A stretch of DNA of 57,262 nt from a virus (lineage: Duplodnaviria; Caudoviricetes). Where the stretch lies: the IMG/VR virus record IMGVR_UViG_3300030519_000020, positions 1-57,262 of that record. One strand, 5' to 3'. Below are positions 10,072 through 19,157 of the stretch, in pieces. A program made the position numbers and the translations under genes. A model generated the notes under the pieces. It did not search any database. It was not told where the DNA came from and was given only the letters and a program-made list of their open reading frames with translations. Position 1 is the stretch's first letter; every line of letters starts with the position of its first letter.

Positions 10072-10109
10072 ATTTCCACTGTTGACATTGGAAATTCTGT
10101 GAGTATACT
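10072..10109 (+). promoter_or_regulatory. rightward promoter with an operator-like palindrome over the -35
   Basis: TTGACA(10082)-16 nt-TATACT(10104); ATTTCCAcTGTtgACAtTGGAAAT inverted repeat. Confidence 0.65.
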
Positions 10110-10127
10110 TTGTTGTAGGAGGGCACC

Positions 10128-10505
10128 ATGGCGAGCGCCGTAAGTATGCAAAAGCAACCCTGGATCAGGGTGGTCGATTGGGACCGTGTGATGGGGATCA
10201 GGTTCAAGGTTTCAGCCGAGGTTTGGACTGTCTTGATGAAAAGGATGGACGACCGCCAGTGCTCCCTGGTGGGAGTGGCTGAGTTCATCAAGGCGGGCTA
10301 TGACAGGTCTGCTATCTGGAAGGCCCTGAAAGATCTGGAGGGTCAGGGACTCATCCGCAAGAGGGGGTTCCACTGGGATGAGGTTTGGATCAACCCGGAG
10401 GTGGTTCGGTGCTGCTGGCTAGATAAGGCTCCGGAGAAACTGGTGAATATGATCGCTGGATTCAAGCAGGAAGCGTCGGCGTTCTATACGGTCAAGGAAA
10501 AGTGA
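10128..10505 (+). CDS. winged-helix protein, RepL-like
   Basis: YDRSAIWKALKDLEGQGLIRK..VWINP; AGGAGG RBS. Confidence 0.6.
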   Translation: MASAVSMQKQPWIRVVDWDRVMGIRFKVSAEVWTVLMKRMDDRQCSLVGVAEFIKAGYDRSAIWKALKDLEGQGLIRKRGFHWDEVWINPEVVRCCWLDKAPEKLVNMIAGFKQEASAFYTVKEK

Positions 10506-10807
10506 TGGGTGTCTGGTTTGACTTCTACATGGTGGAGTCCTCCCCTACCGTGCGCAAGGCGTGGTCCTACCTCGTGGCCCGGGCAGACACCTCTGGAGTC
10601 GCACCACGGGGCGTGGTTGAGGATGATACCGTCACCGAGCTGGAACACATGACCCTACTTATCCAGATGGGGAACGGCAACCTATGGCTAAACCCTACCC
10701 ACTCGGGTAAGGGTGATCCGTCCGCATGGGATGAAGCGTTCTTGGCCAAGGCAAGAGAATCTTTGAAGAAGGCCATTGTGTTCACCAGACCAAGACGTAG
10801 AATGTAA
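10502..10807 (+). CDS. wHTH-like paralog 2
   Basis: AWSYLVARAD..LWLNPTHSGKGD..WDEAFLAKAR. Confidence 0.7.
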   Translation: MMGVWFDFYMVESSPTVRKAWSYLVARADTSGVAPRGVVEDDTVTELEHMTLLIQMGNGNLWLNPTHSGKGDPSAWDEAFLAKARESLKKAIVFTRPRRRM

Positions 10808-10821
10808 CTTAGGGGGATGGA

Positions 10822-11121
10822 ATGGACGCAACGTTTGAACGCAACATGGGGCCCGGAGTGTTGCAGGCGTGGCGCTACCTCGTGTCCAGGTCGGACGAAC
10901 AGGGGTATGTCTTCTCTGGGCCCGTCAACGACGACATCATCCAGGAGCTCGAAAGCCTGAGCCTGCTGATCCCCATGGAGGATGGCGATGTGTGGCTCAA
11001 CCCTACCCACACGGGGAAGGGAGATCAGGCTTCCTGGGCTGACCGAACCTCAATCTGGGACGAGGCCTTCATCGCCAAGGCTCGGCTTGCCCTGAAGAAG
11101 AAGAACTGGGGGAAGGAATGA
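10822..11121 (+). CDS. wHTH-like paralog 3
   Basis: AWRYLVSRSD..VWLNPTHTGKGD..WDEAFIAKAR; clear paralog of the preceding gene. Confidence 0.7.
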   Translation: MDATFERNMGPGVLQAWRYLVSRSDEQGYVFSGPVNDDIIQELESLSLLIPMEDGDVWLNPTHTGKGDQASWADRTSIWDEAFIAKARLALKKKNWGKE

Positions 11122-11318
11122 GGATCGTCAAGCGGGGAGACTGGTCTGACACGCAACTCGAAGGCATCTGCCATAGGTGCTGGACTGCTGTCGAGTTTGG
11201 CCAGTCGGAAGGTGAGTCTACCCCTATCTCTGGTGGGGTAACGTCTGTCAAGGTCAGGTGCCCTGTATGCCGTGAATACATCTACGTCAAAGTCCCGACG
11301 GTGCCCCATGAAGGTTGA
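11118..11318 (+). CDS. small zinc-ribbon protein
   Basis: CHRC..CPVC; ATGA coupling. Confidence 0.65.
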   Translation: MRIVKRGDWSDTQLEGICHRCWTAVEFGQSEGESTPISGGVTSVKVRCPVCREYIYVKVPTVPHEG

Positions 11319-11529
11319 CATCACTGATGCGGCTGTCTGGAAGACAGTGAAGGATCTCGACACCTGCCGCCAGGCCCTCGAACTGATCGCTGTGCATTGC
11401 CCGGACGGCGGTGCGCTGTCCTGGGCCGGGAACTTGGCCCGCGAAGCGATCCGCACCGTGCGAGTCAATAACCTGGAATAATTAATTTCTACGTAACAAA
11501 ATAAATAAACCCAACCAATAGGAGACACA

Positions 11530-11901
11530 ATGTCTGATGCCGTTGACAAGGCCCTTGACACCATCACCGAGGCCGAAGCCCTGCCCTTCATCACTGAACT
11601 TCGATCCGACCTCGCCACGGCCAACGCCGCCCTGGTGACGGCCCAGGCCGCGCTGTCGGATGCCAACCAGTCCATCGCCACATCGGATGCCAAGGTCGCC
11701 TCCCTGACGGCATCCTTGGCCACGGCAGAGGCATCCCTGACTGCTGCGCAGGCGGAACTGGACTCTGCCAGCCACGAGACGGTGGTATCGGTCCCAGCAA
11801 AGATCCAGGTCATCCTGCACCAGATGAACGGCAACCGCCTGCTCACCACCTTGTCCACGGACGCTCCCGAGTCCGGGACCCTGACTGTTCATGTGAGCTA
11901 G
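11530..11901 (+). CDS. Ala-rich coiled-coil protein
   Basis: AGGAG RBS; heptad-like Ala/Leu pattern. Confidence 0.7.
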   Translation: MSDAVDKALDTITEAEALPFITELRSDLATANAALVTAQAALSDANQSIATSDAKVASLTASLATAEASLTAAQAELDSASHETVVSVPAKIQVILHQMNGNRLLTTLSTDAPESGTLTVHVS

Positions 11902-11911
11902 CCATATCCCT

Positions 11912-12058
11912 TCCCGCCTTCCCGACCGGCCGTTGCCGGCACCACACCCGGGACAATCCTAGAAACCACGAGGTTAACGGTTTCTATGAGTTGTGCTGGA
12001 ACCCGGTTCCCAAAGGGCACACCGTCTAGACGGGGTGGTGGTGGGGCGGGACTTTTTT
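11912..12058 (+). ncRNA. putative multibranch structured RNA ending in a U-tract
   Basis: Closing stem TCCCGCC/GGCGGGA, internal stems, T6 tail. Confidence 0.4.
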
Positions 12059-12106
12059 GTTGCATAGACATGTTGAGGCTGTAACCTAATCTAGAAGGAG
12101 ACAAAT

Positions 12107-12334
12107 ATGCCGATCCCGAGAGCCCCCGGAACCGCACCACTCTTCGATAGCGTCCCGCAGGTGGAGATGGTATCCATCAGCCGAGACCGATACGACTCCT
12201 TCATGCGTCTGGTGGTGACCAACGCTGAGTTGGAGGCCGAGATCGACCGACTCAGCTCGGAAATCAGCCGCCTGTCTAGGAAGACACCTAGTCGCCCTGT
12301 GGACGACGACGAGTTCATGGCGGGGGCAATCTGA
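12107..12334 (+). CDS. hypothetical protein
   Basis: AAGGAG RBS; short coiled coil. Confidence 0.65.
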   Translation: MPIPRAPGTAPLFDSVPQVEMVSISRDRYDSFMRLVVTNAELEAEIDRLSSEISRLSRKTPSRPVDDDEFMAGAI

Positions 12335-12627
12335 TGCAGGTTGTTCTAGATGCCCAATGCTGGGGGGGGGCTCTTGCTGGACTTCCCCAGTATGACGTGC
12401 GGGTGTTCCTGGCCCTAGTGTTCATGGCGAGGGGTTCCTACACTGTCGCGTTCAAGAACGAGCAACTGATATCCAAGTCTGGCGTGTGCAAGTCCCTGGT
12501 CCAAAGGGCCATCTGGGACATGAACAAGCGCGGGATGCTGAAGGTGATCCAGCGCATTGGAGGGGACTACAACCGCACCATTGTTGACTTATCTCCTGAC
12601 TGGGTAACTCTAGGGGAGAACCTATGA
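12334..12627 (+). CDS. winged-helix DNA-binding protein
   Basis: NEQLISKSGVCKSLVQRAIWDMNKRGMLKV HTH/wing pattern. Confidence 0.6.
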   Translation: MQVVLDAQCWGGALAGLPQYDVRVFLALVFMARGSYTVAFKNEQLISKSGVCKSLVQRAIWDMNKRGMLKVIQRIGGDYNRTIVDLSPDWVTLGENL

Positions 12628-13061
12628 CGTGTATCGCCTGGGATGGGAAGACTCTAGCTGCGGATAGGCAGGGAACCAATAATGGCCTCAAAATTTTATG
12701 CACCAAAATAAAGAGGCTCAAGGGTGGTGCCGTTGTTGCGTTCACTGGCGAACTTGAGATGGGGATTGAACTTGCCAAGTGGTGGGAAGATGGGGCAGAC
12801 CCTGAGAAATGGCCGTCATACCAAGCGACAGACGATTGGACCCGAATGATCATTGCCCAGGATGGTCATGTTTCCGTCTACGAGAAGCGTCCCATCCCCC
12901 AACCCGTGGAAGATCCATTTGCAGCATGGGGATCTGGACGCGACTTCGCTATCGGGGCCCTTGCCATGGGAGCAGACGCTCGAACGGCGGTCGGAATTGC
13001 TAGCAGATTCAACACTGGCAGTGGGATGGGGATTGATTCGTTTGAGGTAGGCAATGGGTAA
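12624..13061 (+). CDS. Ntn-hydrolase (HslV/proteasome-beta-like) phage protein
   Basis: N-terminal MT-CIAWDGKTLAAD, GSG..FAIGAL and SGMG motifs. Confidence 0.7.
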   Translation: MTCIAWDGKTLAADRQGTNNGLKILCTKIKRLKGGAVVAFTGELEMGIELAKWWEDGADPEKWPSYQATDDWTRMIIAQDGHVSVYEKRPIPQPVEDPFAAWGSGRDFAIGALAMGADARTAVGIASRFNTGSGMGIDSFEVGNG

Positions 13062-13857
13062 GCGGAGAGACTCAGACATCCCGGTTGATCCTGCCATCGA
13101 GGATGCCAGGGTGATGGCAAGCCGAGTCCCGTTGACGCTGGTTGACGCGATGGAGATGTTCTTCACTGAGAACCCGAGTTTGGGCGTGGGTGATCTCCGG
13201 GCGGACATCACCCTGGAAGCTTTGCAGCGCACCGAACACCAGGACCACTGGACGATATGCGGGCGGAAACTGGACCGCGCCTCTGTTATGGAAACCATCT
13301 TGGACCTGACGGCCCGGGGGTACTCGATCCCAGCCATCCTCCAGCAGCCTGGGATGCCGAAGCCTCGTACCTACATGGCTTGGGTAAATGACTACAAGGT
13401 TTTCGCGGACATGATGGCGGTGGCCGAGCAGATGCGGGCCATCATCCTTGCCGAGCAGGCATTGAATATCGTGGACCTCCCGGACCCAGACGGTAGCCAG
13501 ACTTTTAAGCATAAAATCCAGTCAGACCTTCGCGTTCGTCTAGCTGAAATATTCAATCCAAAGAAATACGGCAAGAAGCAGGTCATTGACATCAACCGCC
13601 ACGATGACGCCAACCCGGCCGAGATGTGGAGCCGGTTCATCAGCGTCCTGAGCGTCTACAAGCAAATGATCTTCGACAAGACGGGGATCAAGGTCATCAT
13701 GCCTGGGGAGAGTGAGGACATGGTGGCTACGGCAGACGCCGAAGTGGTTCCCGAGGAAGAAGAGATGGAAGCCATTGGGATGGAAGGCGCTACCGATCCG
13801 ACGACGCCCACGAACTACGATGATATGCTCACGTTCGATGACCTTCCAAAGGAGTAG
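13054..13857 (+). CDS. terS: terminase small subunit
   Basis: HTH-like GYSIPAILQQPGMPKPRTYMAW, EQALNIVD, NPKKYG; upstream of terL. Confidence 0.7.
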   Translation: MGKRRDSDIPVDPAIEDARVMASRVPLTLVDAMEMFFTENPSLGVGDLRADITLEALQRTEHQDHWTICGRKLDRASVMETILDLTARGYSIPAILQQPGMPKPRTYMAWVNDYKVFADMMAVAEQMRAIILAEQALNIVDLPDPDGSQTFKHKIQSDLRVRLAEIFNPKKYGKKQVIDINRHDDANPAEMWSRFISVLSVYKQMIFDKTGIKVIMPGESEDMVATADAEVVPEEEEMEAIGMEGATDPTTPTNYDDMLTFDDLPKE

Positions 13858-13860
13858 CCA

Positions 13861-14031
13861 ATGCCCATCGCCCCAATCTCACACCTGACCATCCTCCAGA
13901 ACGTGGAGGCATCCCTTGAGGACCCCGGGGAGAAGTTGACGGAGCAGACCAAGGCGGTTGTCACGGAACTGTGTGACGCCTTCAATGCGAAACTCGTGGC
14001 CCTTGAGCACAAGATTGTTCGGAGGGGTTGA
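13861..14031 (+). CDS. small hypothetical protein (56 aa, not in the ORF track)
   Basis: AAGGAG RBS; MPIAPISHLT...KIVRRG fills the gap. Confidence 0.55.
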   Translation: MPIAPISHLTILQNVEASLEDPGEKLTEQTKAVVTELCDAFNAKLVALEHKIVRRG

Positions 14032-14032
14032 G

Positions 14033-14206
14033 ATGCCGCTGTATTCGAGGAAGTGTGTCCTGTGCGCAAAGACGGAAGAAGTCATCCTGCCCGTGTCCCA
14101 GATGGACACCCCGGGGGTTTGCCCCTGCTGCGGTGAGACGATGAAGCGGGTGGAGTTCCCGGGATGCTCTGTCTACATCGAGCAGGTAAAGGAACTCTGG
14201 GAGTAG
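14033..14206 (+). CDS. FmdB-like zinc-ribbon protein
   Basis: MPLY..CVLC..CPCCGETMKRV. Confidence 0.7.
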   Translation: MPLYSRKCVLCAKTEEVILPVSQMDTPGVCPCCGETMKRVEFPGCSVYIEQVKELWE

Positions 14207-14208
14207 GG

Positions 14209-16182
14209 ATGCCGAAACACAACGACCTATTCGGCTTGGTCCAGGGACTCAGCGACTTTTCAACCCTGGTTGAGCAGGAAGCGGCTACGGCGTTCGTTGA
14301 CATTTGGACGAGGCGTCCACCCAACAAACCACAACTCGCCTTCTGGGAGTCGAAGCGGCACATCAAGGCCATCTCTGGGGCCAATCAGTGTCTTCGCGGA
14401 GACGCCGCCGTCCTGATGTGGTGCGGGGATGAGAAACGGATCGACTGTATCGAAGTCGGTGATGAAGTGGTGGCGTTCGACTTCACCACGGGCGAGTTTG
14501 TCCCGAGCCAAGTCAAGGCCATCTTCACCAATCCGGGTCGCATCCTGCACCGATTCAAGCACTCACAGGGCTGGCTGGAGTGCAGCCAGAAGCACAAGGT
14601 GGCCGTGCAATACCCCTCCGGCCGCATCGCCCTAGTTAGGGTCATGCGGGCCGTGAAGCACCAGCTTCCGGTGTGGGTGGACAAGGAAGGCCATGCGGAA
14701 CTGTCCGAGCTGACCTACGAGGGGAAGATTGGCTACGAGCCTACCTGGGACATCAACATCGACCACCATGACCACGCCTTCGTGTGTAATAATATTGTAG
14801 TTTCCAATAGTGGTAAAAGCTTGGCTGCGGCCGTAAACATTGCTTGGGATGCCACGGGCATCTACCCGGAGTGGTATCGGGGCCCGCGCACAGTCCGAGG
14901 CATCAACGCTTGGGTGGTCGGTGAAACTACCGAGTTGACCCGAGACTCGGCCCAGAAAAAGTTGTTTGGACCCAACATCGACAAGCCCGGGTGGACGGAC
15001 AAGCCGGGTGACGAGGCCCTGATCAACTCGAAATACATCATCGACAAGCCGACTCGTAAGTCTGTTTCCGGTGCCATTGACATGGTTCGGGTGAAGCACG
15101 TCCCGAGCGACACAACGTCCCTGATTGCCTTCAAGTCGCACGGCATGGAGACAGGGGCCCTCGCCTCCTGGACTGGTGATAGGGCGTGGATCGATGAGGA
15201 ATGCCCGTTGGAGATCCTGGACGAGATCCAGGCCCGCATGTCCACCACCAACGGCTACATCTACTGCTCGTATTGCCCACAGCACGGCCGGACTCCCTTC
15301 GTGAAATCCATGGAGGAAGAAGGCCCGGACGTGTTCCTAGCCTACATGACCTATGATGACATCAACCACATCTCAGAAGAGGTGAAGGCCCGCAATATCC
15401 GCCGCTGGTCACATGATCCGGCGATGCTTGCAGCCAGAACCCAGGGCCATGCAACCTCGAATTCTGGTCTTATCTTCCCGTTCCCTACCAAGGACATCCT
15501 TTACGACCCCGCCTTGATCTCCATTGGCAAGCGGTGGAAGTTCCTGGGGGGTATGGATGTTGGCTGGACCCATCCTACGGCCGCCGTAGGGCTCGCTCTA
15601 GACCCCATGGCCGATGTTGTCTACTGCTATGTGGACTACGAGCAGGACCGCCGGCCCCCGGTTTACCACTACGGCGAGCTGGACCGCTGGGGACGGTCGA
15701 TGACATTCATGATCGACCCTGCTTCGGACCAGGTGGCCCAGAAAGATGGAGAAAAGATCCTTGAAGAGTATTGGACTCTTGCACATGGGTCTGGATATGA
15801 AAATATTGACGAAGATAAACGCAAGTTTATCAAAGCAGACAACTCGTTTTTGACTGGTATGGGGAATCTGTGGCACAGATTCAGCACTAATCGCCTATTT
15901 ATTAGCAAGAATTTGAAAAAGTTGATCGACCAATACGCGAATTACGAGTGGAACAAGAAGGGCGATGGCCCAATGGAAGAAACTCCGAGCCGGAAATATG
16001 ATATCATCACGAGTTTGCGCTATGGAGTTGGTGGTATTAACCAGTATTCTCATATTCTGAACGACTTCCCCCCTTGGATGACGGCTGAATCGTTCGAGGA
16101 ACCGATTGAGATCAAGGAGTGGTCGAAATTCCGTGCTGGTGGATCCCCACCGATCACTGACCAGTTCGGTCACACCTACTGA
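14209..16182 (+). CDS. terL: terminase large subunit containing an intein
   Basis: Walker A GANQ|SGKS, Walker B AWIDEE, nuclease GMDVGWTHPTA. Confidence 0.92.
   Translation: MPKHNDLFGLVQGLSDFSTLVEQEAATAFVDIWTRRPPNKPQLAFWESKRHIKAISGANQCLRGDAAVLMWCGDEKRIDCIEVGDEVVAFDFTTGEFVPSQVKAIFTNPGRILHRFKHSQGWLECSQKHKVAVQYPSGRIALVRVMRAVKHQLPVWVDKEGHAELSELTYEGKIGYEPTWDINIDHHDHAFVCNNIVVSNSGKSLAAAVNIAWDATGIYPEWYRGPRTVRGINAWVVGETTELTRDSAQKKLFGPNIDKPGWTDKPGDEALINSKYIIDKPTRKSVSGAIDMVRVKHVPSDTTSLIAFKSHGMETGALASWTGDRAWIDEECPLEILDEIQARMSTTNGYIYCSYCPQHGRTPFVKSMEEEGPDVFLAYMTYDDINHISEEVKARNIRRWSHDPAMLAARTQGHATSNSGLIFPFPTKDILYDPALISIGKRWKFLGGMDVGWTHPTAAVGLALDPMADVVYCYVDYEQDRRPPVYHYGELDRWGRSMTFMIDPASDQVAQKDGEKILEEYWTLAHGSGYENIDEDKRKFIKADNSFLTGMGNLWHRFSTNRLFISKNLKKLIDQYANYEWNKKGDGPMEETPSRKYDIITSLRYGVGGINQYSHILNDFPPWMTAESFEEPIEIKEWSKFRAGGSPPITDQFGHTY
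14389..14808 (+). mobile_element. 140-aa mini-intein in the TerL Walker A motif
   Basis: Starts CLRGDAAV; block B WLECSQKHKV; ends TWDINI..HAFVCNNIVVSN followed by Ser; too short for a homing endonuclease. Confidence 0.9.
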
Positions 16183-16199
16183 TTACTATTGTTATCAGT

Positions 16200-16660
16200 A
16201 TTGTTGAACAACATCCTGGATGGTGAACGGCCGAGTGGGCACAGGCCCCCATTTCCAGGGAGCCAATGCAAAAACATCCTGGCGTGGAGCCACGGTGTCG
16301 TAAGCACTCATCCCGGCGACTCAAACGAGGCCCGGTCAGCTGTAACCTCTCGTCGCTATGCCCAAAAAGCCTGGCGGTTTCCCCTCTGCCGGGATGATGA
16401 CTCGGGGGATTCGTGTGGGTAGTTGGTCCAAGGCCACACGCCGGGATGGCAATTACCCCGGAATCGGAATTGTATTCTCTGGAAGGGATGCTAAGACGGG
16501 GTATGCCGCTCAAATTGCCCTACGCATTGCCCGCTGAGAAGTTTCGGGGTGCGTTCCAACTACAAGTGTAGGTTGATGGGGTGATGACGCAACAAAAAAA
16601 TCCCCCGCTTCTCAGTTCGGGGGACCCGACAGTGGCGGCGCTTGGCACGGCGACCATCTC
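16200..16660. ncRNA. large structured non-coding region between terL and portal
   Basis: At least six inverted-repeat stems and no credible ORF; strand uncertain. Confidence 0.5.
16591..16624 (-). terminator. intrinsic terminator-like hairpin
   Basis: TCCCCCG/CGGGGGA stem followed by a T7 run on the minus strand. Confidence 0.6.
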
Positions 16661-16667
16661 AAAAGGA

Positions 16668-16695
16668 AGTATACCTCCATGTGGCAACCGCGCAA
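16668..16695 (-). promoter_or_regulatory. leftward promoter facing into the structured region
   Basis: TTGCGC-16 nt-TATACT. Confidence 0.5.
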
Positions 16696-16717
16696 GAGGT
16701 AAAATTTAGTCTATGAC

Positions 16718-16779
16718 TAAAAAGTAGTCATGTGTAAAAAGTAGTCATGTGTAAAAAGTACCGTTATGGATAAAAAGTA
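16718..16779. repeat. TAAAAAGTA box x4
   Basis: Copies at 16718, 16735, 16752 and 16771; first two units are exact 17-mers; extended -10 TGcTATGAT at 16787. Confidence 0.85.
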
Positions 16780-16814
16780 TACACCCTGCTATGATGAGCC
16801 CTGGGAGAGTGGCT

Positions 16815-19157
16815 GTGGCTTATCCATCGGGTGTGGGATTGGGGTCAATGGCTGCGGCAAGGATGCCGAGCGCCCCGCAGGGCGGCGGGCTCATGTCCCT
16901 TCAGCCTCCCATGTCTGGCCCGAACAGCGCCCCGCCCGACGACAAGCCGATTGGAGAAGTGGCGCACGACAACCTGGACGAGGTTGAAGGCGCTAGCAAG
17001 CTCATCGGCCAGTTCGAGAACGAGATTCAGCTTTCCGATGACGCCCGCCGGGACAAAGAGTGGGCGTGGTGCAAGATCGAAAAGTATCTGCACGGCAAGG
17101 ATGTGAATGAGCCCCGCGAGGGCTACGAAGAGTCCACATTCTTCTACCGGCGTCTTCCTCGCATCGTCCAGATTGGACGTGCCAAGCTCTACAAGCAGGT
17201 CTGCCCCCTCCAGGGCCGTCCTTGGGAGATCAAGCCGAGCCCCCGACGCCGGACCCAGATGGACCCGAAGGAAGAAGAACGGCGCGTGTCTCGTCTGCGG
17301 GAAGAATTCGAGGACATTCACGAAGCCATGGAGTTGGAAAACTGCATGGACGAGATGTGTACCCAACTTTCCTCGCTAGGCAGTTCCGTGGTGATTGGAC
17401 CGACCCAGCTCCGCCAGCCAGCGCTCCGGTGGAATGATGGCGACGAGGAGATCGACAAGGAAGACGTGCGCAAGCCGATGTGGGAGTTCATCGACCCGAA
17501 GCGGGTCTACCCGGACCCCAACACCCGGTTCCAACAGGGCCTGGAATACGTCCATGTCCACCACGTCATGTCTGCCCACCAGATCCGGAGTCTTCAGGAC
17601 GATCCGACCTTCATCAACAGCGAACTGGCCGACCTGATCATCGACATGCCGGACGGCAACTGGGCCGGTAACCTCCGGAGATGGGAAATCTTCCCGTTCC
17701 CGACGAACATCAGCAATGCGATGCTGAATCGCTACATCGTGTGGCGGCGCATTGGTGTCCTGAACTGCCAGGCGATGGAAGACCTGGGCGAAGACATCCA
17801 GTCCCACATTAAAGAACTGGAGATCACCAACGACGAAGGTGTCGTCATTGGGCATCGGGACTTCAAGGGCCTCGACAAGGCCCAGAAGAACGCTCTGATA
17901 GACGGTATTTGGGAAATCTGGTGGTGCGGGAACCATATTCTGAAGGTGTCCAAGCGCAAGTTCCAGCCCAAACGGATGTACGTCCACTTCATTCCGTTCC
18001 GGGTTGACCCGGGCAGCATCTTTGGCGTCGGGGCCGGTGAGTCTGGCCTTGAAGTCTGCGAGATGCTGATCAACATCTGCCGTTCGATTGACGATGCTTT
18101 GGCCGATACCTCTGGGTTCCAGGCGATGATCGACGCAGGGGCCATCGAGAATAAGGACCTGACCATCCGTGGCCGCAAGACGTGGCTCTGGCGGGACAAG
18201 GGCGTGGGCAAGAAAATTGGGGCTACCGGGAAGCCGATTGAACTGTTCACCGTCCCGTCCAACCTGGACAAGCTTCTGGAGTGCGCCAAGTATTTTGAGT
18301 CTCTGATCCCGGTGGTGACCGGCTTTACCGAGAATGCGGATGGCAAGGCGCTTGGATCCGGTGTCCGCACGGACGATATGCTGGAACGGATCTGGGAGTC
18401 CCTGGAAGAATTCATCAAGGACGTGGTGGGGAATGTGGACCGTTATTGGTGGAAGCCGCACCTCCGGGACTGCTACCACTGGATCAAGACATACTACGAG
18501 AACAAGGACGAGTTCATGGTCGAAGCCGACCTTCAGGTCCAGGGCGTCAAGGGCGCTCTGCGGCGCGAGATTGTCGGCCGGAAGGCCAAGGAACTATTCA
18601 AGGATCTGCACCAATACGGTCTTCCCAAGTGGATGGATGAAGTGGAGTTCCTAAAGGCCATCTCCGAAGGGATGGGCCTGGACCAGGAACTTGCCGTCAA
18701 GACGGTGGACCAGTATGTGGAGGCCATGAAACTTGAACTTCAGCAGAAGATACTGAACGATGCACCGGCCAACGCTCAAAAGGACAAGGAGCGGGCCCAT
18801 GCTTCTGCTTTGGACACCATGGCTGAGATTTTCAAGGCCGGCATGACACAGGGTAAGGACGGTCTGCCGCCCCCCATCGTCATCCCTGCGGCCGAGCAGA
18901 TGTTCAAGCTCACCGGGAAGATGGACGAGAAGACCATCGCGGCATTCGCTGTCTGGTCCACGATGCTATCCCAGCAATACCTTGCGGCGGCATCGGCTAC
19001 GGCCGAGCAGGCCAAGGTTCTGAGCAGCCCCGTTCCGATTGATGGGCCGAACGAGTTGACCCCCGCCGCCAAACAGGCCCAGCAGCAGGCCCAGCAGCCA
19101 CCACAAGGCGTTCCGCAACCTCAGCCTGCCCAACCACCCCAGGGGATGCAGTCATGA
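16815..19157 (+). CDS. portal protein
   Basis: About 780 aa after terL; EFIDPKRVYPDP, PGSIFGVG and IRGRKTW portal-type motifs; start GTG 16815 inferred from GGGAGA (ORF open from 16791). Confidence 0.8.
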   Translation: MAYPSGVGLGSMAAARMPSAPQGGGLMSLQPPMSGPNSAPPDDKPIGEVAHDNLDEVEGASKLIGQFENEIQLSDDARRDKEWAWCKIEKYLHGKDVNEPREGYEESTFFYRRLPRIVQIGRAKLYKQVCPLQGRPWEIKPSPRRRTQMDPKEEERRVSRLREEFEDIHEAMELENCMDEMCTQLSSLGSSVVIGPTQLRQPALRWNDGDEEIDKEDVRKPMWEFIDPKRVYPDPNTRFQQGLEYVHVHHVMSAHQIRSLQDDPTFINSELADLIIDMPDGNWAGNLRRWEIFPFPTNISNAMLNRYIVWRRIGVLNCQAMEDLGEDIQSHIKELEITNDEGVVIGHRDFKGLDKAQKNALIDGIWEIWWCGNHILKVSKRKFQPKRMYVHFIPFRVDPGSIFGVGAGESGLEVCEMLINICRSIDDALADTSGFQAMIDAGAIENKDLTIRGRKTWLWRDKGVGKKIGATGKPIELFTVPSNLDKLLECAKYFESLIPVVTGFTENADGKALGSGVRTDDMLERIWESLEEFIKDVVGNVDRYWWKPHLRDCYHWIKTYYENKDEFMVEADLQVQGVKGALRREIVGRKAKELFKDLHQYGLPKWMDEVEFLKAISEGMGLDQELAVKTVDQYVEAMKLELQQKILNDAPANAQKDKERAHASALDTMAEIFKAGMTQGKDGLPPPIVIPAAEQMFKLTGKMDEKTIAAFAVWSTMLSQQYLAAASATAEQAKVLSSPVPIDGPNELTPAAKQAQQQAQQPPQGVPQPQPAQPPQGMQS

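Noticed and set aside
16154-16513. 119-aa minus ORF and 77-aa plus ORF in the terL-portal gap
   Set aside because: No RBS and atypical composition; the region is better explained by RNA structure.
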